Shown here one piece after another: positions 42,270 through 49,723 of a stretch of 64,000 bases of DNA. The DNA comes from a virus. Where the stretch lies: IMG/VR virus record IMGVR_UViG_3300046049_000005, positions 1 to 64,000 of that record; one strand, 5' to 3'. Every line of letters begins with the position of its first letter. Within the stretch, counting starts at the first letter, position 1. Under the pieces are notes generated by a model, which saw only the letters and a list, made by a program, of their open reading frames with translations, searched no databases and was not told the origin of the DNA. Position numbers and translations under genes: made by a program.

Positions 42270-42898
42270 GCCAAACAATGAAGGTGACAGAAGCGGAGCG
42301 CCGCGACGACGTAGACATCGGCCACGTCGATATAGTGGGATTCGACTGTGTGAAGTCTAACTTCAGTATTTTGACAAAAGAGACGCAAGAGAAGGTCTTA
42401 GAGCAAATTGTTCGTGGAGCCGACAAAGAGGACATCGTTGAGACTGTTCACGATGCAGCGTCCTCTATTGACCCTAAGAATCCAGACTGGGACCGCCTCG
42501 GCATCCCGCAGGGTCTTGGGCAGAAAATTGACCCCGATAAGGCGCATATGGATGGCTACTACTCCTGGTCTTCGAGCGGGAACCATCCGAGGGGTGAAGC
42601 GCCGAGAGCAGCGTGGTTTGCCAACCACCTTCTCGATGTAGAATTTTCAAAAGGAGACAAACCCAAACGTGTCAAGGTCTGTGGCGGAAAGAGGGTGAAG
42701 GGAGAGGCGGTTGATGTAATCGCCTTCAATGATGCCACCGACCTTATCGATGTAGACCTCGACATTGACCCCTCCGAGACGCAGCGCAAGTGCCTCAGGA
42801 ATCCTTTGGATGACATCCTCGAAGCGTTCAACATCGAAACCGAGAGCGCCTTGAGGGGAGAATGTCAGAGTCAGAGCGATTTAGAGCAGTTCCTATGA
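42266..42898 (+). CDS. polB: family-B DNA polymerase, C-terminal (thumb) ORF
   Basis: IVGFDCVKSNFSILTKETQEKVLEQIV corresponds to the conserved RGLE-VRRDWS-IAKETQ-VLE block that follows KxY in archaeal PolB. Its ATG overlaps the stop of 39216..42269 (ATGA). Confidence 0.75.
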   Translation: MSQTMKVTEAERRDDVDIGHVDIVGFDCVKSNFSILTKETQEKVLEQIVRGADKEDIVETVHDAASSIDPKNPDWDRLGIPQGLGQKIDPDKAHMDGYYSWSSSGNHPRGEAPRAAWFANHLLDVEFSKGDKPKRVKVCGGKRVKGEAVDVIAFNDATDLIDVDLDIDPSETQRKCLRNPLDDILEAFNIETESALRGECQSQSDLEQFL

Positions 42899-43863
42899 TA
42901 ATGAATTTCAAAAAGTATCCAAAAATACGTCGTATCGGTCACGAAGACAATAGCGGTATTCTCGAAGACGGTCATGTCGTCGTGAAAGAAAAATTAGATG
43001 GGGGAAATTTCAGACTGTTGAGAGAAGGACACCTCGAACCTGAATACCATGAAAAAGGAAGAAAAATAGTCTTCGGCTCACGAAACGTGGAATACAAGAA
43101 CGAAAAAGATATAGACAAAAACTTCGCCCATGCTGTTGAGTACGTCCGAGAGAAGATAGACTTCAACGGCCTTCTCAAAGCAGAGACTAAATGGGGGCCA
43201 CTTATCGTCTTTGGTGAGGCGATGCATCCCCATACTCTTGAGTACAACTGGGAGGATACTCCTTCCTTCATCTCCTTCGACGTGTATGCTGCCGAACCGG
43301 GAATGTTTTTGGACTGGGACAAAGCGCGGAATATTATCGAACAAATGTCCTTACCGATAACGCCGGTCGTGTATGAAGGCCCCGCCGCCGGTTTCAAAGA
43401 AGAATATGGCCTCGATAAGTGGTCGGAGAATGTTTCGTCAGCGTACCGCGACGGCTTGCCGGAGGGAGTCGTCATCAGGAACGAAGACACGGGACAGACC
43501 GCGAAGCTCCGCACACAGCAGTTCAAGGAAGCTCACGGAACGCAATCCGTTACTGACCCCGACGACTACGAACCAAGCGACTCCGTGGTTCTCGCTCGGA
43601 AGTTCACGACCGAAGCTCGGGTACTGAAGATGATTCACAAATACGAAAACCGAGGGCGAAATATCGAGATGTCCGTCATGGAAGACTTGTGGGGAGATGT
43701 CTTCGAGGACATTATCGAAGAAGAGTTCTCGACAATTTTCTTTGGAAACTATGAGATAGACACCAAGGAGTTCCGTTCCGAAGTAGCGAGCATCACTGCC
43801 GACGTTCTTCAGTCGTACCTCCAACGACCCAAAGGGTCGGTTCTGAACGAAGCTCAAAGATGA
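42895..43863 (+). CDS. ATP-dependent RNA ligase-family nucleotidyltransferase
   Basis: N-terminal FKKYPKI and motif I VKEKLDGGNF (KxDG), as in the Rnl2/PF09414-type RNA ligases. ATG at 42895 overlaps the previous stop. Confidence 0.65.
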   Translation: MIMNFKKYPKIRRIGHEDNSGILEDGHVVVKEKLDGGNFRLLREGHLEPEYHEKGRKIVFGSRNVEYKNEKDIDKNFAHAVEYVREKIDFNGLLKAETKWGPLIVFGEAMHPHTLEYNWEDTPSFISFDVYAAEPGMFLDWDKARNIIEQMSLPITPVVYEGPAAGFKEEYGLDKWSENVSSAYRDGLPEGVVIRNEDTGQTAKLRTQQFKEAHGTQSVTDPDDYEPSDSVVLARKFTTEARVLKMIHKYENRGRNIEMSVMEDLWGDVFEDIIEEEFSTIFFGNYEIDTKEFRSEVASITADVLQSYLQRPKGSVLNEAQR

Positions 43864-44138
43864 CTGACCACATCCACGGTGAAGACAGCTACGTAGAGTG
43901 CGACCGTTTCCACGTCGTCACTGTCACCGCCTACGAAGACCACAACGTCGCCCTTCCCGAGAAACATCATCTCGACTACGACTGCTATTGCGGGGCTGAT
44001 GCCACTCACTACGCCTTAGTCGGATTCACGACCTATAAGAATCCTCCAGAAGAGCGCGACGTGTGGCCGAAACAAATGACGCAGAGAGTCAACGCACATC
44101 GTTGCGACAAGCACAGCTTTGAAGAAGACAATGCGTAG
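43860..44138 (+). CDS. hypothetical Cys/His-rich protein
   Basis: 92-aa ORF with an ATGA overlap. Confidence 0.6.
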   Translation: MTDHIHGEDSYVECDRFHVVTVTAYEDHNVALPEKHHLDYDCYCGADATHYALVGFTTYKNPPEERDVWPKQMTQRVNAHRCDKHSFEEDNA

Positions 44139-44262
44139 TATCATCCTCCCCCTTATCGGTGTGGTCGTTCCACTCATTGCTCTCTTCGCCCTACCTCGAC
44201 TCTACCTCTACTACATTCAAGATGACATTCAATTCAAGGACTGGAGAGGTCCGAACCAATAA
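44131..44262 (+). CDS. small membrane protein (43 aa)
   Basis: MRSIILPLIGVVVPLIALFALPRLYLYYIQDDIQFKDWRGPNQ. Overlaps the previous stop. Last gene of the + strand array. Confidence 0.4.
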   Translation: MRSIILPLIGVVVPLIALFALPRLYLYYIQDDIQFKDWRGPNQ

Positions 44263-44265
44263 CGT

Positions 44266-44274
44266 AAGACTTAA
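44266..44274 (+). promoter_or_regulatory. AAGACTTAA promoter-like box upstream of small-RNA paralog 2
   Basis: TAAGACTTAAC. The conserved AAGTACGC begins 24 nt after CTTAAC, the same spacing as in paralog 1. Confidence 0.45.
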
Positions 44275-44298
44275 CTTGTCGGGACTCTTTCTTTGTAG

Positions 44299-44410
44299 TA
44301 AGTACGCCCCGCTAACGGAAGCGACTGTCCATAGGTGGCAGTTGCGTGCCGAACCCCTCTTAGGTCGTGGAAGAGGGGATAGGAGCCGGGGGTTCTCCAC
44401 AATGGACGTT
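44299..44410 (+). ncRNA. structured small RNA, paralog 2
   Basis: AAGTACGCCCCGCTAACGGAAGC... Hairpins at 44321-44345 (GCGACTG/CAGTTGC) and 44354-44378 (CCCCTCTT-AGGTCGTGG-AAGAGGGG). Ends in AATGGACG. Homologous to 22962-23071(-). Confidence 0.55.
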
Positions 44411-44545
44411 AGTATAACTTTATAATTATAGTTATACTGTTTACTCTGTACTGTTTACTCTACAACGTTAACTCTGCTATGTTAACACCGATAAGGTGGT
44501 GGGACAATGAACTACTGTTAGGTCTGTTGACCATGTTGTAGAGTT

Positions 44546-44602
44546 AAAAAAAAGACCCCGATAGGGTAGAGGTATAGTACCTCTCCCTACCGGGGCGATT
44601 TT
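44546..44602. terminator. bidirectional terminator-like hairpin between the convergent gene arms
   Basis: A8 run (44546-44553), an imperfect ~15-bp hairpin at 44556-44595 (CCCCGATAGGGTAGAGG-tatagta-CCTCTCCCTACCGGGG), then TTTT (44599-44602). This gives a T-run after the stem on either strand. Confidence 0.5.
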
Positions 44603-44659
44603 GTCGTATATTAAAGACTCAAAGCGTAGTTTAATATGATAGAAGGCCAAGAATAGTGT

Positions 44660-44797
44660 ATGGACATCGGCCCACGACAAGCGGCCTTCATCAAGTCAGA
44701 GATGAAGAAGATAGAAGAAAAAGAGTCGCGTCAGCCAACCGCGAAGGTTGAAGCTGAACGCATCCGAGAACAAGCAGAGAGATTTCTCACCGAGTAA
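44660..44797 (+). CDS. possible small protein (45 aa)
   Basis: MDIGPRQAAFIKSEMKKIEEKESRQPTAKVEAERIREQAERFLTE. Isolated ORF with weak support. Confidence 0.3.
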   Translation: MDIGPRQAAFIKSEMKKIEEKESRQPTAKVEAERIREQAERFLTE

Positions 44798-44992
44798 CCA
44801 TTGCTAAAAGCCAAACTCCCGCCCCTAACCCACCCGGTGTTCTCTGGTAACTAACGTTCGTCGTCTCTATCCAGTCTTTTCTTCAACAGGGACCGCGCCT
44901 TCTTCGACCATAGCGCGGGCCGAGTAAATGCGGCTATCAGGAACCATATAAGCGGGACTTTTTGAGTGAAAAGCCATTCAAGAGAAAACGCA

Positions 44993-45220
44993 TCAATCAT
45001 TGTCTGTGATGTATCTGTGAACCGCAAGCAGCCCTATGTACCGAGAGGCGGTTCCAAGGAGTTCTCCACCGCGATAATAAGCCTCTTCTCCTCGCTTATC
45101 GAGGTTGCCCCTACCCCACGTCGCTCCTGCGTGGAATCCGTTGACAAAGGCGTGCCATTCTGCGTAGCTCAAGTCTCTCAGAATGGCGACTTCAACCATT
45201 GTGTCTTCTTCATCAGCCAT
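44993..45220 (-). CDS. hypothetical protein (last gene of the late operon)
   Basis: 75-aa ORF starting 2 nt after the stop of 45223..45912. Confidence 0.55.
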   Translation of the reverse strand: MADEEDTMVEVAILRDLSYAEWHAFVNGFHAGATWGRGNLDKRGEEAYYRGGELLGTASRYIGLLAVHRYITDND

Positions 45221-45222
45221 TA

Positions 45223-45912
45223 CTAACCCTGCTTGAACCGAATCTGGTCGTGGTACGACTGCGTATAGGTTTCTGAATCCCCATCGGCGTCGTGGAATAT
45301 TGCAAAATTCTCGATTCCATCAGCGCCGTTTTCAAGAGCGAATTGACTTTTCTCAGATATAACGGTCCCGTCTGCCGCTTTCAGCATGACGTGAGCATAA
45401 TTAGTGTAGTCGATATTTTTGATGACTACTTGATGCCAGCCTTTGCCCAAGGGGTCGTATCCGGTGTTGTGGGTGTCTGTATAATTACTGAAGACGAGGT
45501 TGTTGTTACTATCTCTGTAAGTAACATCCATTAAAGAGTCCTGCTTTTGGTCGTATAACAACTTGACTCCGTAGTCAAAGTACCAGTCGTCTTTGGTCTT
45601 GAACCACCACGACACCTTTACCGGGGTTTGTTTGTGGTCCTGTAAATCGTAGACGTATCTGGACGAGTATTTGTCTTTGTTCTTCGTGAAGAGCGCGTTT
45701 TGCCCTTCGTATCCTCCCCCAAGCTCAGCTTCGAGGTCAGTATTTCCGTCTTGGTACCAGTCCTGAAGTGGATTGTCTTCTTCGAAACCAATGTAGGGGT
45801 GCCATTCCCAAACAAGCTCTCCGTCGATAGTGACCTTCTGTATTTCGTTCCCATCGACAGAGATGTTTCTAGGAACTTCTCCATCAACTGTGAGGTCGTG
45901 GCTGTGGACCAT
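45223..45912 (-). CDS. hypothetical tail-fibre-associated protein
   Basis: 229 aa, Asn/Tyr/Trp-rich, low GC, immediately downstream of the fibre gene. Function is positional only. Confidence 0.6.
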   Translation of the reverse strand: MVHSHDLTVDGEVPRNISVDGNEIQKVTIDGELVWEWHPYIGFEEDNPLQDWYQDGNTDLEAELGGGYEGQNALFTKNKDKYSSRYVYDLQDHKQTPVKVSWWFKTKDDWYFDYGVKLLYDQKQDSLMDVTYRDSNNNLVFSNYTDTHNTGYDPLGKGWHQVVIKNIDYTNYAHVMLKAADGTVISEKSQFALENGADGIENFAIFHDADGDSETYTQSYHDQIRFKQG

Positions 45913-46727
45913 TACGAAGTCTTGAAGTTGATGATACCGCTGCCATCAGTTCCATCAACCTGAATTTCATAGCCACCCCACTTCGTCGCGTTTGCAGCCT
46001 TCCCGTTGATGTCTACGTTGGAACCGTCAACAGCAGAGCGAGCGCCGCCCTCATTAATCGCATTTGAGAGCCAGCCAATGCCGGCACCGACGTAGAGGTC
46101 TGCCGCTTTGAGTTTCCCCGAAGTGCCGTTCTGGTATTCGACCTCGATGTAGTCCGAGTTACCATCGAAGCTAATACGATGGTTCCCATTGACGCCATCT
46201 ACATCGGAGACACCAACGGCGGCGTTCCCATCGAAGTCGAGAGTTCCGGAAAGAGTGTCGCCGCTCTCCTCTATGTAGCGACCGTCGTGGACGTGGCCCG
46301 CTGAGGCGAACGCAGAGGCGTCTTTCCCATCAACTGTATCGGCGTCTCCAGCAATGTCAACGTCAGCTCCGTCAACAGCGGAGCGGGCGTCGGAGTCGGT
46401 ATATCCCACCGCACTTATCGAGACTGTCCCCCCACCATCGTCGTTGACATTGATGTCTCCGCTGAAGTTAACCTCAGTTGGATTCTCGACAACGGGCGTT
46501 CCGTCGCTTGAATACGTAGATGCACCATCAGCGGCATCGACCACGCCGTCGTCGTCGCTATCGAGGCGGTCGAACTCTTCTGCATGGCCTCGTATGGACT
46601 CGATGACGTTGTACCAGAACCAGTCAAAATTCCCGGCCTGGGGACGTTGGTCCTTCTGAAAGTCCAACGAGTTTCCGGGTTTTGTACCGCTGTCTCCGTG
46701 AACGTAATCAAACTTATCTCGTGACAT
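45912..46727 (-). CDS. tail fibre protein
   Basis: ARSAVDG-DVDI repeats and DTVDGKDASAFASAGHVHDGRY resemble the (L/V)DGKxAS-F...H-H motif common in phage fibres. Also DSDDDGVVDAADG, a Ca-binding-like run. Confidence 0.65.
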   Translation of the reverse strand: MSRDKFDYVHGDSGTKPGNSLDFQKDQRPQAGNFDWFWYNVIESIRGHAEEFDRLDSDDDGVVDAADGASTYSSDGTPVVENPTEVNFSGDINVNDDGGGTVSISAVGYTDSDARSAVDGADVDIAGDADTVDGKDASAFASAGHVHDGRYIEESGDTLSGTLDFDGNAAVGVSDVDGVNGNHRISFDGNSDYIEVEYQNGTSGKLKAADLYVGAGIGWLSNAINEGGARSAVDGSNVDINGKAANATKWGGYEIQVDGTDGSGIINFKTS

Positions 46728-46729
46728 TA

Positions 46730-47314
46730 TTATCTAACGTAGACAGACCACGTACCCTCGTTGAAGCCCTTTAGAGAGTCGTCATCTCCTTCAAAGGCGA
46801 AGGTACCACTCTGTCCAATCTGAACCCGAGCATCGACGCTGATGGCTCCGTTCAGAAGTATAATTATTTCTTCTTCGGTAAGGGGCGTATTATCGAAGAC
46901 GGAACTGTCTATCTCCACCTCGATAACCTTCGGATTGGTGGCCGGGGGAGTCTTGAAGGTGATAGTCTCGGCGGAGGCATCGAGAATGGAAATGGCGGCA
47001 GATGCGAATGAATCGTAGGTGCTGTCGCTCGCACTTGCGGCGAAGCCTGCCCGAATCCGAGTGCGAAGCTTGCGGTCGCCTTCCCCAGTCTTCCGAATGA
47101 CACCGACGAGTTGCCCTATCTTTTCAAGCTCCCTCCCGGTTGCCGTCTCAAGAAATCGGTTCTTGTATAGTTCGTCAATCTCTATGTCAAGTCGCTTGTT
47201 CTGAGAGGCGAGAACCTTCAGTAGCTTATAGAGATTGTCTTCATCGTGGATATTGATGGGGTACTCCCAGTTATCCACAATCTCCTCGCTATTGTCGATG
47301 TCGTATGTATTCAT
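46730..47314 (-). CDS. baseplate/tail-fibre attachment protein (P2 gpI position)
   Basis: 194 aa. Positional call only, within the baseplate/fibre gene block. Confidence 0.45.
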   Translation of the reverse strand: MNTYDIDNSEEIVDNWEYPINIHDEDNLYKLLKVLASQNKRLDIEIDELYKNRFLETATGRELEKIGQLVGVIRKTGEGDRKLRTRIRAGFAASASDSTYDSFASAAISILDASAETITFKTPPATNPKVIEVEIDSSVFDNTPLTEEEIIILLNGAISVDARVQIGQSGTFAFEGDDDSLKGFNEGTWSVYVR

Positions 47315-48360
47315 TAGTGGGTTACGGCGAGATTCAGCCCGTAAATCGAGTAGTAGCCGCTGTACTCTGTTATTTTTATTCGATAGAAGCCGTCTTCGTC
47401 AACTGGTATTCCTTGGACTTCTTTGACTTTCTGTTTGCTCCCAAGCTCGACCAGTTCGCTCACTTTGTCGGCCTTTCCGTTTCCATCTGCGTCGTACTCT
47501 ACCTGAACGGCTATTTCGGTCTGCTCGACGTAATCGCTGACCAACGAACGAACGCTTAACGTATCCTCGGAATCAACGATTCTGGGCTGCTGGAACCATT
47601 CAGTGTACCATTCGGCGTTGTCGGAATCCCATGTAAGAATCTGATTCTGAACATCCAGCGTCGTTCCGTCTCTAACCGACGACGACCGTATCGGAGAGGC
47701 ATACGACGAAACAGTCGCAACGAGCGAAAGCGTCCTGCTGTTCTTGCTTACGAACGGCGAGGTCGCGTAGGAAGTAACTCCACGGTCGGGGTACGTTTGC
47801 CCCTCCTTTTGAGCGGAGCTTGTCATAGAGGCGGAGTAAGATTCTACACTAACGTCGTAGCTTGCGGTCCGGCTCGCCGTTGCTGGAAGAACCATCGAGA
47901 TACTGCCCGCCTTATCGAGGTCAAAGTTTACTGTCGAGATTTCCGCCGAAACAGAGGTCAGTTTGGTTTCCCAAACGTAACCGTCCGAAGTAGCACCAGC
48001 GGTAACATGATAGTGACCGTCTGGAACAGAAACTTCGTAATAACCATCTTCGTCAACAATGGCGCTGGAGATGGTCTGCCCGTTATAGGCGTCAACAATC
48101 TCTACCTCAATTTGGATTCTTTGGCCCTTGGGATACCTCGGTCGCTGGTATTGTCTGTACCTATCCCAAACTCGACGGCTTTCAATTCCACCTCCTGAAA
48201 TGCCTCCAGGGACGCTAACGGTACCCTGAATGGTACTATCCCCGTTTTTGTGTTCGTTTATGGACGTGCTGGAAGTCCGTTCGTCAGCGCCCCATGAGCG
48301 GGTCTGGCGAACACCGAAGCTTATTGGTTGCTTTTTTGGGGAAGCCGAATAAGTTGTCAT
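47314..48360 (-). CDS. tail protein with a carboxypeptidase-regulatory-like beta-sandwich domain
   Basis: IQIEVEIVDAYNGQTISSAIVDEDGYYEVSVPDGHYHVTAGATSDGYV fits the CarboxypepD_reg-like pattern. Confidence 0.55.
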   Translation of the reverse strand: MTTYSASPKKQPISFGVRQTRSWGADERTSSTSINEHKNGDSTIQGTVSVPGGISGGGIESRRVWDRYRQYQRPRYPKGQRIQIEVEIVDAYNGQTISSAIVDEDGYYEVSVPDGHYHVTAGATSDGYVWETKLTSVSAEISTVNFDLDKAGSISMVLPATASRTASYDVSVESYSASMTSSAQKEGQTYPDRGVTSYATSPFVSKNSRTLSLVATVSSYASPIRSSSVRDGTTLDVQNQILTWDSDNAEWYTEWFQQPRIVDSEDTLSVRSLVSDYVEQTEIAVQVEYDADGNGKADKVSELVELGSKQKVKEVQGIPVDEDGFYRIKITEYSGYYSIYGLNLAVTH

Positions 48361-48363
48361 AAC

Positions 48364-49341
48364 TTACTCGAACCTGATGCAGGCGTTGATGGGGGTGCTT
48401 CTATTGCCGCCGCTTTGCTTCATGATTTTGTAGACGTTTCCATCATAGCTTATTTCGTCGCCGTGAGCGCCGCCATTGGCGTTGCTATTATTGAGAATGT
48501 CGGTTGTATAGACAGAGGGAGTATTTTTAGCCGTTTCGCTGAATAGAATGCCGTACTGAACAAAATAGGTGTCATCGGTAGAGTCTGAGTTAATGAATCC
48601 CCATCTCGACTCTTCTAATCCGCTGGCGTCGGTGGGATGTCCGTTATAATCATTACTAACGTTTCCAGATGTATATTGGAACCCATAGGATGTTGCCCCG
48701 TTAGAACCGTTGCTCTTATTGAACCTATTCATTACGGTAAAGTCTTTTATCCCATCAGACCAGAACTTGCCAGAAGTGTTTTCATAACTAAAATAACAAC
48801 TTCCTCCAAAACTACTGTTGCTGCTCCAACAACCGAGACTTACGCCATCATTCCTTGCAGAGATGAAATAATTAGTTTGGTAATTGGTGGCAAGGTCGGT
48901 TCGGGAACTTCCGGGTCTGTATTCAAACATCCACGCTCCCATTCCTCCACTTGACCACAAGTTTTTATTATAACTATTATCCCGATATTCACCATCAAAA
49001 CTGCTATCATTTGTGAATGGGTCGTGGTCGGTCGCGTTTTTCGCCCCTTGTGGGTGGCTATTTGTGGAATCCCATCCGTCAGAATAAACAATCCTAACTC
49101 CGGCTACATCCTCGCTGTAATCAAAGTCTTTAAATCCGTCACTATGGCTCACGTAGAAGAGCAAATAGCGACCGCTCGGAACGTGGGTAAAGACCCGACC
49201 ATTATCGCGCCAACCGTTGGTAGACTGGTCGTTGGTAATATTGGTGTCCCCATCTTCCCAGTCGGAAAGACCAGCAATGGAGCTTGCAAGGTCGTCTACG
49301 AAGGTCGCAATAGATGCTTGTTTTTCTGCAACAACTGTCAT
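48364..49341 (-). CDS. putative receptor-binding/tail protein
   Basis: 325 aa, Asn/Ser/Gly/Tyr-rich, low GC. Located in the fibre block. Confidence 0.5.
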   Translation of the reverse strand: MTVVAEKQASIATFVDDLASSIAGLSDWEDGDTNITNDQSTNGWRDNGRVFTHVPSGRYLLFYVSHSDGFKDFDYSEDVAGVRIVYSDGWDSTNSHPQGAKNATDHDPFTNDSSFDGEYRDNSYNKNLWSSGGMGAWMFEYRPGSSRTDLATNYQTNYFISARNDGVSLGCWSSNSSFGGSCYFSYENTSGKFWSDGIKDFTVMNRFNKSNGSNGATSYGFQYTSGNVSNDYNGHPTDASGLEESRWGFINSDSTDDTYFVQYGILFSETAKNTPSVYTTDILNNSNANGGAHGDEISYDGNVYKIMKQSGGNRSTPINACIRFE

Positions 49342-49348
49342 TGGTAAT

Positions 49349-49720
49349 TTATTGGGGAAGTTTGATGGTGTGCGTAATATTCACGGTGTCGCCGTCTTCG
49401 CTAAGGGTAGCTTCCGCAAAGCTCTCCTTCTGCGTCACCATAATTCCACCCGAAGATTGCGTCCAGATGGCCGATTCACTTACTGTAACCGGAGTGGTGA
49501 TGTCGCTGTCGCCGCCCGAGAGAGTCAGCTCGATTTTCAGAACGTTGTCACCGTCGATGTCCGACCACCCACAGCGGTCGTTGGAGACGATATTGATTCG
49601 CGTTATCGCGCTCGAAGTGTCGTCGTAAAGTTCGATATAGCCCCACGAGTTCGGCGTTGAGGCGCTGCTAACCACATAATCGCGGATGGCCTGATAGCCT
49701 TCTTGATTTAATTCTGCCAT
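49349..49720 (-). CDS. hypothetical tail protein
   Basis: 123-aa ORF, coupled to neighbours. Confidence 0.55.
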   Translation of the reverse strand: MAELNQEGYQAIRDYVVSSASTPNSWGYIELYDDTSSAITRINIVSNDRCGWSDIDGDNVLKIELTLSGGDSDITTPVTVSESAIWTQSSGGIMVTQKESFAEATLSEDGDTVNITHTIKLPQ

Positions 49721-49723
49721 TAT

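Noticed and set aside
44489-44520. The CGATAAGGTGGTGG word acting as a Shine-Dalgarno-like element (AAGGTGG upstream of the ATG at 44507)
   Set aside because: The ATG at 44507 opens only a 4-codon ORF. Most copies of the word are inside genes, in either orientation, with no start codon downstream.
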